Shown piece by piece: positions 12,231 through 25,753 of a stretch of 64,000 nucleotides of DNA (within the stretch, counting starts at the first letter, position 1; every line of letters begins with the position of its first letter). This stretch comes from Schmidtea nova (Eukaryota), in the NCBI GenBank assembly GCA_044892505.1, contig CM097883.1, forward strand, positions 257,362,001 to 257,426,000. The letters are read 5' to 3'. Below the pieces are notes generated by a model that did not search any database, was not told where the DNA came from, and worked only from the letters and a program-made list of their open reading frames with translations. The translations under genes and the position numbers were made by a program.

Positions 12231-14249
12231 ACAATTTTAACGGGTTTTATTTTAATAAGTCGAGAATAAATAAGCAAACAAAACACGCAATTGCGTTGAC
12301 AATAATGGATAAGAATATATTTGTACCTAGTGCAGTGCTTTAGAAACTTTTTGGAATGCGAAACCTTTACAGCACCTCGAAATTTAAGCAACACTCGAAA
12401 ACTTTTTAATGTAAAAGCCATATTCAGTGAGTTATGGTAATATTTCGAGTAAAAAATACATCAATTCAACAACAATAGGATAGTTACTATAGTTACTAAA
12501 ATATTTATTGCGGTACCGAAATTAACAATTTAACTTAGATACTAGCCATTACTTATTAACTAACTTCAAGTTATCAGTAGTACCAGCAGCTAGATATTCT
12601 ATACCTAGCGACACCTCTCAGCACAACTCGCAATACCCATTTTTATCTAGTGTAGCTTTCTGAGCTCGGTATGTAATTTGTATGGTCGATTTTCGATTTC
12701 AACTTCGAAATTTTACTTAGGCGCAAGTAAATTTTGGGGTTTGATTGAAAAATGAATCAGTTTATAAAATAAATTTTAAGACCCCTGATCTGGTAATAAC
12801 TTTATTGTTTGACTCTTGAGTATACGATATATAATTATATTATTATTATCATCATTGTAGTATCATGTTTAAGTATCTTTATTCAGATATTTTCAAATAC
12901 GTGTGTGATGAGCACATCAAACAAAACGACTGTCAGATTCAGATTCAGCGTATTATAATTACCCAAAATTTTCTTGAAATCAACGGCAATAAAACTTGTG
13001 TTGACTAGTCCCTTCATAGTAAGAAAAACATTCTGATCTAGTATGAAACTCTTCTAAGTGTGTATATTAACTAATACATATTAATACGTATTAAGTAATC
13101 TACATTGCACACTTTCTATGACGTCATCATTATACAATCGAAATCAAAGACCAAGGTCATTTTGATTTTAATTTTAGAAACTAATTAAAATATTTCCTGC
13201 TATTTTGTATTTTATTTAAATAAAGTAAATATTTCTTTAAATTTTAGCACTTATTTTAAATTTTTACCGCCTTTATATGGTCAATTCACATGTGTACATA
13301 CAATTATTTGGATTTGAATCTTTGGTTGAAAAATTATTTAGCTTTTATTGGAGACTTTGTTTAGTTTTTTTCAAAGATTTGTAACATTTTTATAAATTTT
13401 GAGAGTTTTTTAATTGTAAAACTAATAAATGTTTTCTTTTGGACTTATTGGTTGTTTTTTTTGTTTTGAAATAAAAATGACATGAAGATATTTCCGCTTT
13501 GCTTATGAATAACTGTTCCGGCATGTTCAAAGTTGGATTTACTGAATATGTTGCTCTATGGTCCGTGTTACTTTCTATCTTTGGCCAACCTCGTGATTAA
13601 GTTGTTTTATTTGGTATGGACAGAAAAACAATTATATCATTGATGAATCTCAATTAAAGAAAGGTATCTTATTCTGAATTTTTTTTATTCTTCTGGAAGA
13701 ACAACTATTATTGTTTAAAATTCCTGAGACGGTGTAATTCATAGAGTTCATATTTTTATATATATTCTTTACCTCATGCTATTACTAGAATTATTTTATC
13801 AGAAGACTTATTTAATGTAAATTATGAGAAAGAAGGGACACGGCTTTCTAACTTCAGTTGAGAAAATTTTTCAGAGACATTAAAGAAAAATTATCGTGTG
13901 TCGTTCTTCATGTTGAACTTAAAATATAATCAGTTGTCTCTACATCTTCTTCAGTAAAAAATGTCAAAGTCATTAAACTTTTATTTGGGTTTGAACTTTT
14001 TTCTAGTTAATTTGAAATTAATATCCATTCCATAAAACTTTTATTAATTATCATTATTTTTAAATTTTTAAAAAAATATACAATAAAAGGTGCTATGAAG
14101 AAAAGATAAGACAAGACAAAGTACATGCAATTATTTATTATCAAACACAATAAGCGGTGAGCAAAGCTAGGTGTATTCGTGAGATAAAACCACTGTCTCA
14201 CCTTCAAAGTAAGGTCAAAGTGTCTGATATAATTGTTGGGAAAAACTAC

Positions 14250-17200
14250 AAATTGTTTAAATAAAGTGGTACCATAGCAAGTAGAGAGCGCACAAGAAGT
14301 GAATTTGAAATTTTTTGAGCCAGAACATCAAATAGAACACAATAATCACGCGGTACTGAAATGATTAAATAAAACACGTCTAAAGCTAGAGTGGACAAAA
14401 GCGTATTGAGTATTCATTTATGACATAAAACATCAGTTGTGAAAAATTAACATATTTTCAGAAGGAAGATTTCGATTTTATACTAAAAATTAATGAAAAT
14501 ATAAAAGAAAACTGTTTCGGTTAAAAATGTAAAAAATTAAAATAAATTAAGAAAAACTTTAGTTCAAAAGTAGAATTTTGGATTAAAATAAATTATTTAA
14601 AGTTAAATTAAAATTTTATGCAAAAATATTAATTTGGTTTTGCGAAAAACTGTTAGATTTAACTTTGAAAGAATCGAAAATTCTTTCTGGAACAATTTGT
14701 TTTAATAGGTCAATAGAAATAACATGTAGAAAATTATATAAATAACGCCATCAAAATGGAAGTTATCAGAATTTGCCAGACTTTTGCGTTGACTTTTGCG
14801 AGAAAATCCAGAATTTGCGGTAGAAGTTGCGGAGAAAAATACTGCATTTGCAGAAAAACTTGCGTGACAACTTTTCTTGAACTTATTACTAGAAGTCCTC
14901 CAGAGTTTCGAGATAGGACTGTCCCAGAATTTTACAGAAGAATTTACAGCAGAACTTACAGAGTTTGTAGAAAAATTTACAACCGGATTTGAAAAGAACC
15001 TAGACAAACAACTCATCGCAAAAGGATTCTGAGAAGGCCTCCCATAGAGCACAATTCATAGAACCCCATTTGACAACTGCGCTGACCACGGAGAAAATCA
15101 CTTAAAGATTATGTAAGGAGGTTATCTGTTTTAAAGACGAAAAGGCCAGCCATGCCCTTGTCTTCCCGCATAAAGTACCTTAGCTTATTTATTAATGATT
15201 TATTTTTATGATTTTATTTATGATTTTATTTTACTTTTTGTACCATTATTATGACATGTTCAAATATTAATTTTTGATATCAATATTATGTTCTCATTTA
15301 TTTTATTTCATTTAATGTCACCTGTTCCCATAGTGGACCTAAATCTATTTTATTTCTAGATTACTAAATAATGTTTTTTATCTCCCAAACAATCTGACAT
15401 CAGTCCGGCCTTGAGCTGTACTGATGGAAGTATCCTGAGCGGATCGCTGTTCAGTTCGTAACTGACCAGTCATTTTCCCGGCTCAGGTGAATTCCATGCA
15501 CCCATGTTCACTTCATTCCAACTGGGGAACAGTGGCTTGGCCAATAGCAAGGTTTTTTATACTAATGATAACCAATTTATAGTATTGTATTTTTATCTGA
15601 ACTATATTTTACAACATACAGTGAAAAACAACGTCCATTCATCCATCAATATCTTTACTACAATAAAATTTATCAGTACAAGAATATCCATCTCGTTATT
15701 CGCCTTCACTCTCATAAACACCTTTTCATCTCATCAGAACTTACAAGCCAAATGAAAATTGAAGCTATGAAAATCGTTAAAATAAATGCACAACAATCGA
15801 TAAAACTGTTTAGATCATGTCAGAATATGTGAATAATGATTGATTATTTAAATTGAACCTCATTGAATGTGAACATTATTTATAATAATTTACTCAAGTT
15901 GAACTCTAATTTCGGGTATCTGAAGTTTTCGGGTGAAGTGTCTCGAAATATTCGCGCGCACTTTGCTCGAAGAATTTACGTTCGATCGAAATTAAAATGC
16001 ACCAAATCTGATATCGAAAACACTATGATACAAAGAGTCGATTTTGAATGATAATCGAATAAAAATCCTAAATATGATACTCCTTTAATTTTAAAAACCT
16101 TATAATTTTTTTTGTTTGTTGTCAAAAATATTCGAACTATTGTAGAAAAATTAGAAATCAAGAATTTTATTGGAAATTTTATAAGATTCTGAATTTGATT
16201 TGATTTGATTTAATTTCAATTTATTATATATTTTATTTGTAAATTTATTATTTTATGTAAAATTTAACTCAAAATATTTCCTAATGTACCCCAGAAAATT
16301 TTAAATTAAATTTTTTTTATCATAATGTGGATTCATAAATTTCAAATTTATTTCTTTATAAAATTTTATAAATGTTAAAGTTCAAATTTCAGGAAATTAT
16401 AAAAATTATTTTATATATATAAACCCACCATCTCATAAATTACCCCGTCCAAAAGCTAAAAACAAATTTTTGCAAAATACTACATCCATGCCATTCAAAA
16501 ACACCATCCGTATCTAATACAATACGAAAATTTATTCGATTACCAACACACACGTTACATTATTTCATTCAATAACATCCATCAGCATCACACACCCAGA
16601 AAATCTCTCAAGCACTCACTAAATCACATCCATTATAAGATTGCCTATTGCATCAATACCATCTCCTACATACAGCCACTACAATTGAAAACTCATCACA
16701 AATCTATAATTATATATACATACACACAAATTTACAATCACTTTATCTCACCTGATCAGTACAATCAACAATCTACATGAAAAATCCACACATCTATACA
16801 AATCACTTCATCTCATCCCCCAATACCTCACATACGGCATCCTGCATCCACACGTTTATCCAAAATATCATTCAGCAACAGCCATACATCACCCTATCCT
16901 TCCACCTACATCCATCCCTCAACCCTACCAGTATAAGACTACAAAATGCTACCAGTCGAATTTAGTAACATTAAATATGCCACGAAATATTCATAGTATA
17001 AAATTTTAATTAGCCATTTTTTGAAACATAAGTTCACTTCCCTGTTTATTCATTATATATTATTAGAAAATTAGTCAGAATAATGTGACGATTCGAGAAA
17101 AGGGGGATTTTTGATAACCTATAAATGTAAAATATCCATCATATCCTCATCTAAATTCATAATACATGAATAATTTTCGTAAAGATACTGAATGTTAAAT

Positions 17201-17510
17201 ACTAAAATTAGTTTAATCCGTATAAACTTGACAAGTAACCTAGTAATTTTAGTGAAGGGACAAAATGGGCGTTAAACCTTCTATCGGTAGCCCTTGGACC
17301 CAGGAGATATTCGGTCAATCATAGTTTTGAATATTTCGACGCTCACTGATTGCGAATACCCACCCATTTGTTGCATTACCAACGTTTCATTGTGACGGCC
17401 AACAAGATGGTTAATCTAATGTTTTGTATGTTAAGTTGTTGATGTGAGTCATAGCAACTTCAAGGTCATATTGACGGAAAAATAACCCACCATAATCATA
17501 GATTTCAGTA
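14250..17510 (+). pseudogene. Copy 1 of a triplicated unknown unit (upstream motif, ATG exon, conserved exon A, further exon, CA-rich tract, convergent segment B)
   Basis: Colinear similarity to 28715-37200 (+) and 46040-49720 (-): GTAGAGAGCGC(A/G)CAAG, CGCCATCAAAATGG, ...GGGGAACAGTGGCTTGGCCAA..GCAAG and the B block CTATCGGTAGCCCTTGGACCCAGG. Confidence 0.55.
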
Positions 17511-19104
17511 TAACATCACAATAGCTACATCATTGAAGCTTGACGTCATCATTATTTATGAACTGTGGGATGATGTATGAATAATTAAGTTTGTCGCGTC
17601 ATGATTTTTCTTTAGAGATAAGGACCATTCTCGATAGTGAACTATTAAATAATGAACTACCAACGCATACACAGACTTACATGTTTCACATATAAATAAG
17701 GTATACGTTCACTAAACATATTACTATAAAGTAAACTATATGATTAAGATTATGTATTTATTTCAAACAAAATAAAACTTTACATTATATAAAATTATTG
17801 ACTTACTTTTACAAATGATATATTTACAAATTTTAATTGTAATAAAAATAATTTCAAATTAATTATAAGGTTATTAAAAATGTTAAATTACCTAAATTAT
17901 AAAATTTAAAATTAAATAAAAAATTATAGAATTTGCAATATTATTAGAAGTGAACAATTTTTTAGACTAACCAAATTTTCAAAAAATGTTACATCTGAAT
18001 TTTTGACAATTTGCATGTATTTTATCGAAATGATTAAAATATCATATAATAATTTACTGTAATTATATATTGTTTGATTGTAATTCATTGAAATATTTGA
18101 TCTAATTTATTGTAATAATGACTTGAATGCAATTCATTGAAATAATACGATTAAACTACTAAATGTTAGTGCCAAATTGTGTTTTAAAAGTATATTTAAT
18201 TTTTATAATACCACAAATTATGTTTAGTCATGATTTGCTACCGCTTTCTTGAATTTGATTGATTGATAAGAATAATTTTCCTTCACCTAACTCGATTTCG
18301 ATTATATATAAAAAGTAATCTTTCATTTTTAATCATTATTATCGACAGCCTAACTTTCAAAATGAGCTCCGTAAATATTAACTTTTTCGTTGAAACAGAA
18401 TATAACAGAAAATTTAGGTCATCTTAATAAGAATAATTCAATTTGGAAATCGATTGTAAGAGAAAATGTAGATCAAATGATAATTAATCTTTAATTTAGT
18501 ATATTATTTAATTATTTCATAGTTATTAGTCGATTCCGTTGAGTGCATTGCATATATATTTTATCATCTGCTTGTGTAACATATATTATTAATTAAATAT
18601 TTTGTGGCCTTTTGATTGACCGAGTTTTGTGTGTATATTTTTGTGGATTAAAGATAGTTGAAGATTTTTTATGTGTCAGTTGCGTTGGAGAAAAGATTAG
18701 AGGTTGTACGTGCTCATTTTCTTTTTATTGCTGTTAAGTGTATTCAGGGCTACCCAATCACAGGGCTAAATTGGCTATAGCCCCAGGGCGAAAGCTTTTT
18801 GGGGTGGTATTTTTTGTTAGTAATGTATATTTTTTTATTATTATTAGTTATTTAGTTATTAGTTTCATAAAAATTCATTTTTCAATTTATTAGTTTTCAA
18901 GTATTTTTAAATTAAAACAATTTCTTAAAATATTTAACTGATTTTTATTCAAATGTGCTGGAATGACAAACGTTACTACAATAATTTATGATGTCAAAAA
19001 CAGTTTTTTCAGTTTAATTTAATTCAATTTAATGTTTTTGTTTTGTATATAGGTAATAAATTGATTTATTCTAGTTGTGACACTTGTATAACTTTGTCGG
19101 ACAC

Positions 19105-22100
19105 TAGAGGTTCCAAAAAACCAGGTTTTTGAAAACCACGGTTACCGTTATATTAATTTTGAGAAAACCGCGGTTTTGGTTTGGCTCAGTTTTTGAATTT
19201 TTGATTTCTTTACTATATATATAATCAATAATTAGTTAAATTATAAAAGAAAAAAAGCAAAAATGGGTGTTGTAGACTTGTGAACCTTCAATTTATTTTA
19301 ACCGTTTGCGGACGGAATTAATTTTAATAAGTAGGGTTCCATATGGTTGGTAATTTTTTCATCAAGAAGGGGAATTCCGATTTGTTTGAGATTTGGAATT
19401 ATTGTTTTTCACGTCACTGACCTCAAAAATGCACTTAAAATAATGATTGGGGCAAAGAAAATGGGGTCAAAAAAGGGTATTCAATTTAAGCAATTTAAAG
19501 CCAGCACTGATGGCCTACCGTCCGCAAACTGTTAAAATAGAATATAAATTTGTTTTTTATAACAAAATATAATTGAAACAAAATAATAAAAAAAAGTTGT
19601 ATTTAAGTGGGTCAGTAGAGCCGCACTATAAAGACACGTTACAAAACAATAAATAACAAAATATGTTGCAATATAAGTACAAACTGCTAAACAAACACAA
19701 TTACTAGATCATACTAAAAGACAGAAATATTAATAATATTTTATTTATTTGTATTTATTCGATAATATTTTAAAAAACCAAACAATTGAGGGAATGATCA
19801 ATTAATCTTCGGCTAAAATTTAACGAAGTCGAAAACAACCGTTCAGGTTCTGTAAATGTTGGGTGAACTGTTAGAATTGCCACTCATGCAACTGCTGAAG
19901 AATTGTAGTTCTCTCGCCAGATTTCTTGTAGATAGCAAATTCTTCTTTAAGTGTACAAAATGATTTTTGATTCCCTCTTTAGCAGCATTACTTATTGCAG
20001 CATTGATTACATTTTCTAAATTATTTTCATTGGTATTAGAAACAGAAATATCATTTTTACTGCCTAAATCATTATCTGTTGAGGCTGATAGCTTAGGATA
20101 CAACCTATTCAACAATCACGTACAGAAATCTATATCTTCTTTTGTTGTCACGTTTTGCAGAAGAAGATAAGACAAAAATGAATTCAGTTCTTTGTTCTCT
20201 CTTGAACATAATCTTATCCTGATATTTTCTTCTAAATTTCTTATGCACACTGCAGAATTTGAAAAAGTACGAGCTCTAAAAATATTGGTAAATTTGCTGT
20301 AAAGTAATTGAATGGCACCTTTGGCAATAATTAGATTTGCGCCTTTTCAACCTAACGCAAGTGCAGTGAGTTCAGTGATTTCAGTGAGTTCAGTGAGTTC
20401 AGTGATTTCAGTGAGTTCAGTGATTTCAGTGAGTTCAGTGAGTTCAGTGAGTTCAGTGATTTCAGTGAGTTCAGTGATTTCAGTGAGTTCAGTGAGTTCA
20501 GTGAGTTCAGTGATTTCAGTGAGTTCAGTGAGTTCAGTGAGTTCAGTGATTTCAGTGAGTTCAGTGATTTCAGTGAGTTCAGTGAGTTCAGTGATTTCAG
20601 TGAGTTCAGTGAGTTCAGTGAGTTCAGTGAGTTCAGTGAGTTCAGTGATTTCAGTGATTTCAGTGAGTTCAGTGAGTTCAGTGATTTCAGTGAGTTCAGT
20701 GAGTTCAGTGATTTCAGTGAGTTCAGTGATTTCAGTGAGTTCAGTGAGTTCAGTGAGTTCAGTGAGTTCAGTGATTTCAGTGATTTCAGTGAGTTCAGTG
20801 AGTTCAGTGATTTCAGTGAGTTCAGTGAGTTCAGTGATTTCAGTGATTTCAGTGAGTTCAGTGAGTTCAGTGATTTCAGTGAGTTCAGTGAGTTCAGTGA
20901 TTTCAGTGAGTTCAGTGAGTTCAGTGAGTTCAGTGAGTTCAGTGAGTTCAGTGAGTTCAGTGATTTCAGTGAGTTCAGTGAGTTCAGTGAGTTCAGTGAG
21001 TTCAGTGATTTCAGTGAGTTCAGTGAGTTCAGTGATTTCAGTGAGTTCAGTGAGTTCAGTGAGTTCAGTGAGTTCAGTGAGTTCAGTGATTTCAGTGAGT
21101 TCAGTGAGTTCAGTGATTTCAGTGAGTTCAGTGAGTTCAGTGAGTTCAGTGAGTTCAGTGAGTTCAGTGATTTCAGTGAGTTCAGTGATTTCAGTGAGTT
21201 CAGTGAGTTCAGTGATTTCAGTGATTTCAGTGAGTTCAGTGAGTTCAGTGAGTTCAGTGAGTTCAGTGATTTCAGTGAGTTCAGTGAGTTCAGTGAGTTC
21301 AGTGATTTCAGTGAGTTCAGTGATTTCAGTGAGTTCAGTGATTTCAGTGAGTTCAATTGATCGAGCCATTAACTACCTTTGCCTGCAAAATATCATTCCG
21401 AACTGTCGATAATTTGAAATATTTAACTATTGTTTGCACTCTTTTAAGAAATTAGCTACTATTAAATTCTCATAAACTTCTTCGCCATCTCCTTCATCTT
21501 CACTCAATAAAATATTTTCGTTTTCAGCATCGCCAGAAAATTCATCTTCTTCGTTGTTTTTAATGTGTTCTCATTCATTTTCATTGTCGTAGTTTCTGTC
21601 ACCATAAGTTATTTGTTTTTTGGATGAAGCCCATGGTTTAAACACAATTGCATTTCTGGTGGACATTCTCGACCATAACACTGTCCTCATCGTTGGTGGT
21701 TCAAATGAATGATTAAATGCTTTAAGATGTTCGGTGACTATAGACAAAACTTTTGCAGCGTTGTATGAATCACTTATTCCATTGAGTCCAAGATTAAATT
21801 AATTTGCAGTTCGACTTTCATATTGATATTCATGTATCGGCGTCGTCGTCAACTCACCCATTCATCCAACATTATACTAAACTTTTCATTTTTTTCTTTG
21901 GCTTATTGAAAAAATATTATTTATTGCAGTGATTTTTTTCGTATTCGGCTTGAATAAGTGTCACAGTTCCTGTTGGGCTTTGTGGTAATTTATGGTTCAT
22001 ATTTTAAAGAGATTATCGAATAAATTTTGACTGCGTAATTCCTCGAATGGTAAAACCATCTTTTGTTGCCAATTCGTCAATTATCTCCGCAAAAGTTGCG

Positions 22101-22703
22101 CGTTGGGGTATCATGAAATCGGCTATAGACTTTTGTTTGTCTTGCAATTTTGCGCCCTTTGTACTTGTTGATGGTGTGTCTCTATCCGAATCAGAATCAT
22201 GCGTTCTTTTACATGGGATTTAATCCACATTTCGAATGTGATTGACCATTACAGATGCCTGCTCCACATTTCTTACATTTCGATTTATTGTTAATGCTGT
22301 TCGTAGCAGTCATTTTTACGAAATACTCCCAAACTATAGATGGTATCGTGACTGAACAATTATTAAGGGATCGCAAAAGTTACTAAGATAAAACAACAAT
22401 GATAATTAGATGACTGAAAATTTAATTCAAATTAAAACTGTTAATGTTGTCTATTTCAATTTATAATTATATATTTAAATAGTTATTACCTACTTACAAA
22501 GATATGATTTATTATATAATATTTTTATATTATACAATGTTCCACAAAACATCTCTATTACAGTTGCGCACTAAATACTTTAAAGATTAATTTAAAAAAA
22601 CAAAATCGTATTTTTTAAGGAATAAAATTTATAATTTTTAAAACCGGAAACCGTGTTTTTTAAGGCAGGTTTCCGGTTTCGGTTAACCAAATCGTGGAAA
22701 CTA
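19105..22703 (-). mobile_element. Decayed full-length hAT transposon with BED finger, interrupted by a 9-bp satellite
   Basis: Ends TAGAGGTTCC... and ...GGAAACTA; TSD TCGGACAC (19097-19104) and CCGGACAC (22704-22711). The minus strand translates to SIVWEYFVK..KCKKC, KFSIMLDEW, QLCLNHGLH, VKYFKLSTVRNDILQ and EPERLFS, colinear with the intact 23312-25195 transposase. Confidence 0.85.
20365..21354. repeat. 9-bp minisatellite, 110 units of two variants (AGTGAGTTC / AGTGATTTC)
   Basis: 990 bp of perfect 9-bp periodicity differing at a single position. Confidence 0.97.
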
Positions 22704-23068
22704 CCGGACACCCCGCTCCCGTTTGCAATTTTTCGAATTTTCTTACGAAGAGGGGCACATTTGTTTTAGTAACTCACCGGTGCTGAATTTCTTAAGACGT
22801 CCTTGAGTGTATTTAAGTTTCGAGTAGTAGATTTGAATCGATTACTATTTTATTTTTTTTATTTGAGGTTTCAATATAATATACATTTGAAATTTATTTT
22901 TCTTGTTTTTTATTAATGGCTAGATTGCGAGTCAATAAACAAATATTGTTTAACTTAAAGAATGGATATGGATACACCAATCTTGACAACGAAAGCAGCG
23001 CAAAAATGTTTTTGTGTAATTTAAGTTGATTGCTACTGGTAATTGCTACTTTATTAGCTGATGGTGAT

Positions 23069-25753
23069 TAGAGAATCCAGATTACTCGGATTTTAGATTA
23101 CTCGAGTATTCGAGTAATTTATACTTACACAACCCGAGTAACTCGGGTTTTCGGGTAAAAATGAATGAAAAAACAAAACTCAAAAATTTGTATTTAATTA
23201 AATGGTTTTATTTGGTTAGTTCTGAAATATATTGTATTTAATGAAAAGAAATATAAAAAATAACTAAATATGAAAATTGTAATTCAAAATTTCGGATTTA
23301 ATTTAATGGTTTTATTTATTAGATAAAAAATAGTATTTAAGGAATACAAGACCATTTAAAGTATTCGTTTTCATTTGAGAACGTAGTTTTGTAATAAAAT
23401 TTGATGCTACTGAAAACACTCGCTCACTGGCAGTTGAAGTTTTTGGGATTGTAAGCAATGCTTGGTATAATTTTTCCATATGCTCGTCTCGTTTACATTG
23501 ATCACAATTAAATAGTTTTAGCTCTCGCTCCAATAATAATAATTTTGAGTAACTAACTTTGGGAACCTTCATAACACTCATAATTGTTTTTTGCAGTTCA
23601 TCATACGCAGAATGTTCCATAGTCATATCCGATTGCGAATCTGAATCATCATCTTCTTCCTGACTATTTTCGCCTTCATCGCCACAATTAAATAATCGTT
23701 TAAAATATTCTTTAGCCGATGATTTTATTATATTTTTTGATGAATATGAAAAATGTTCATTAGATTGTGGATAGGTACCAGTTTGTAAAAATAACATTAA
23801 TGATATTAAATCCTTTTGCCTTCTTTCATCAAATCGCCTTTTCAAAGCAATTTTTAATTCAGTGGCAATATCTCTATTCGCATCTTGTAGCTTGTTCAAA
23901 AGAAATATACAAACTCCTTCTGCTTTAAGTAAATTGCTGTCTTCTTTGCTCAACTCATTAACAGCTAGCTCTACAGGCTGTAAAACTTCAGATATCCCCT
24001 TCAAAATAATAATGTTTTCCTCTCGAAACTTTTCTTTTCCTAGCTCTTCTAAAGCGAAGTTAATGCAATTAATTAATTTTAAGAAACGATTTACCATAGG
24101 AATAATAGAATTCCATCGAGTTCTGCAATCAAGAAGTAGTCGTAATTTTGTACCTTCCTGTTCTAAAACATGTTTTTGAAGAATACAGCTTCGAACACAT
24201 GATCTTTTGAAAAACTTTATAATTTTTCTTGTCTCACCAAGAACTATTCCAATGTCTGCACGTATTTGCGGCAATTCATTTAGATTTTCTACTTCAAAAT
24301 TTAAATTTCCATCTACAGCAAATTTGTTATTGTCAGCTATGTCATTATAATCTATACCATCATCATCATCTTCATATTCTGCGTCTTCATCTTCATCATT
24401 TGTCTCCACCTCTATTATATTCATATTTTTCTTATAAAATACATCAATGACACCAAGATGAATTCCATGGTTTATGCATAACTGACATGCAGCTGCAATA
24501 TTCCTGCCATATTTCACCATTACTGCAGCTCCGTCATTAGTTGAAGCTACAATATCAGAATCTAAATTGATACCGAATTCTTTGAGTTTTTGTGTAACTA
24601 ACGAAATAGTGGCGTCAGAATCACAAGACCCTATAATAGGAACAAGTCCAAGAACATATGCTCTAACTGATGAGTGGAGTGTAACATTTATATACCTTCT
24701 CATGTTAATGTCACTCCATTCGTCTACAGTTATACTAAACCTGTTTCCAGATTTAATTTGGAGCAATAACGCAACTTTCATTTCGGCTTTCTTGTCTTCG
24801 TAAAACTTCATTACGTATTTTATTACTGTTGTTTCGCTTTTCGGCATGGTGTAACCGCGACTCTGTATAAACCCTTTAATGGCTTCAGATGATACTATGC
24901 CTTTTATACTAAAACCGCTTTTTGCAGCACATTTTGCCAATATTTCTTCTAATGTTTCCCGACTAACAAATTTTAATATACCACTACTATCCATTTTAGA
25001 TTTTTTTGAAGCTGCATCGATCAAGACATCATTTTTCGCTTTTAGCAACGAAATCTTGTGTATTTTCAAATGGTTAATCATACCAGTTGTATTAGATGAT
25101 GAACGTTGGATGATGGTTTGACATGTATTGCATATTGCCTCAGATTTTCCTTTTTTAATAAAATGATCCCACACTAAAGATTTATTCGATGTCATTTTTT
25201 CTTGTGGTTAAAACTATAATAAAACAAAAATATACTAATTTTTACTTATAACAATATAAATATATGCTTAAAACAATTTGAACATAACTTTCGTTTATAT
25301 AATTTATAGTAATATATCAACTTTTTTAAAAATGGTTAAAAAATATATTATTTAATTAATATGTTCAAATATATGTATTGTTATTTACTTACTAATTATT
25401 CAATATAACACAAACAGGATGTAAAAATCGGTATTTTGTTTTATCATTAACTAATTTTTTTATGTAATTATAAACACTTAACTGCACGTGCACCAATAAA
25501 AAAAATTAAACAAATGACAACTTTTTAACTGAAAATCACTAAATGAATGAAAAAAATAATTTAAATCATCATATAAACATTTTCATTGCTTCGCCTACTC
25601 CGTTTTCGGATTTACATTTTGAAAAAAAACAAGTGTATTTTTTTAAAAATTGATACTTGATATCGGGTTTGATTTTTTCGAGTAGTCGAGTACTCGAAAA
25701 TAAGTTAAAAAATCGAGTACTCGGGTACTCGATAATCGGCATTGGAATCTCTA
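23069..25753 (-). mobile_element. Intact autonomous-looking hAT DNA transposon (2685 bp)
   Basis: TIRs TAGAGA(A/T)TCCA, perfect 8-bp TSD ATGGTGAT at 23061-23068 and 25754-25761, subterminal TACTCG(A) repeats, single intact ORF. Confidence 0.93.
23312..25195 (-). CDS. hAT transposase with BED zinc finger and hATC dimerisation domain, 627 aa
   Basis: VWDHF..CNTC..GMINHLKIH; catalytic positions VDEW, TNDGAA and TSTASERVFS; CxxH (CINH) and TRWNS motifs. Confidence 0.93.
   Translation of the reverse strand: MTSNKSLVWDHFIKKGKSEAICNTCQTIIQRSSSNTTGMINHLKIHKISLLKAKNDVLIDAASKKSKMDSSGILKFVSRETLEEILAKCAAKSGFSIKGIVSSEAIKGFIQSRGYTMPKSETTVIKYVMKFYEDKKAEMKVALLLQIKSGNRFSITVDEWSDINMRRYINVTLHSSVRAYVLGLVPIIGSCDSDATISLVTQKLKEFGINLDSDIVASTNDGAAVMVKYGRNIAAACQLCINHGIHLGVIDVFYKKNMNIIEVETNDEDEDAEYEDDDDGIDYNDIADNNKFAVDGNLNFEVENLNELPQIRADIGIVLGETRKIIKFFKRSCVRSCILQKHVLEQEGTKLRLLLDCRTRWNSIIPMVNRFLKLINCINFALEELGKEKFREENIIILKGISEVLQPVELAVNELSKEDSNLLKAEGVCIFLLNKLQDANRDIATELKIALKRRFDERRQKDLISLMLFLQTGTYPQSNEHFSYSSKNIIKSSAKEYFKRLFNCGDEGENSQEEDDDSDSQSDMTMEHSAYDELQKTIMSVMKVPKVSYSKLLLLERELKLFNCDQCKRDEHMEKLYQALLTIPKTSTASERVFSVASNFITKLRSQMKTNTLNGLVFLKYYFLSNK

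Noticed and set aside
13920-13960. Minus-strand CTGAAGAAG hammerhead-like start
   Set aside because: The required CGAAA is absent (CTGAT instead).
17300-17330. TGA retained in block B of three copies as a possible selenocysteine codon
   Set aside because: Indels make the frame ambiguous, the TGA is out of frame in an equally plausible reading, and no SECIS was recognised.
18745-18790. CAGGGCT... hAT-like terminus, and a GGAGTCGACTC..CATTCCTG end at about 40575-40627
   Set aside because: No partner TIR or TSD could be identified for either.
20312-21412. Three long repetitive ORFs (SVS/VIS, ELT/EIT, LNS/LKS) resembling antifreeze or ice-nucleation proteins, or a CRISPR-like array
   Set aside because: They are stop-free by-products of a 9-bp satellite inside a dead transposase; there are no unique spacers or cas genes.
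23862-25121. Plus-strand ORFs overlapping the hAT transposase
   Set aside because: Antisense shadows of the real minus-strand CDS.
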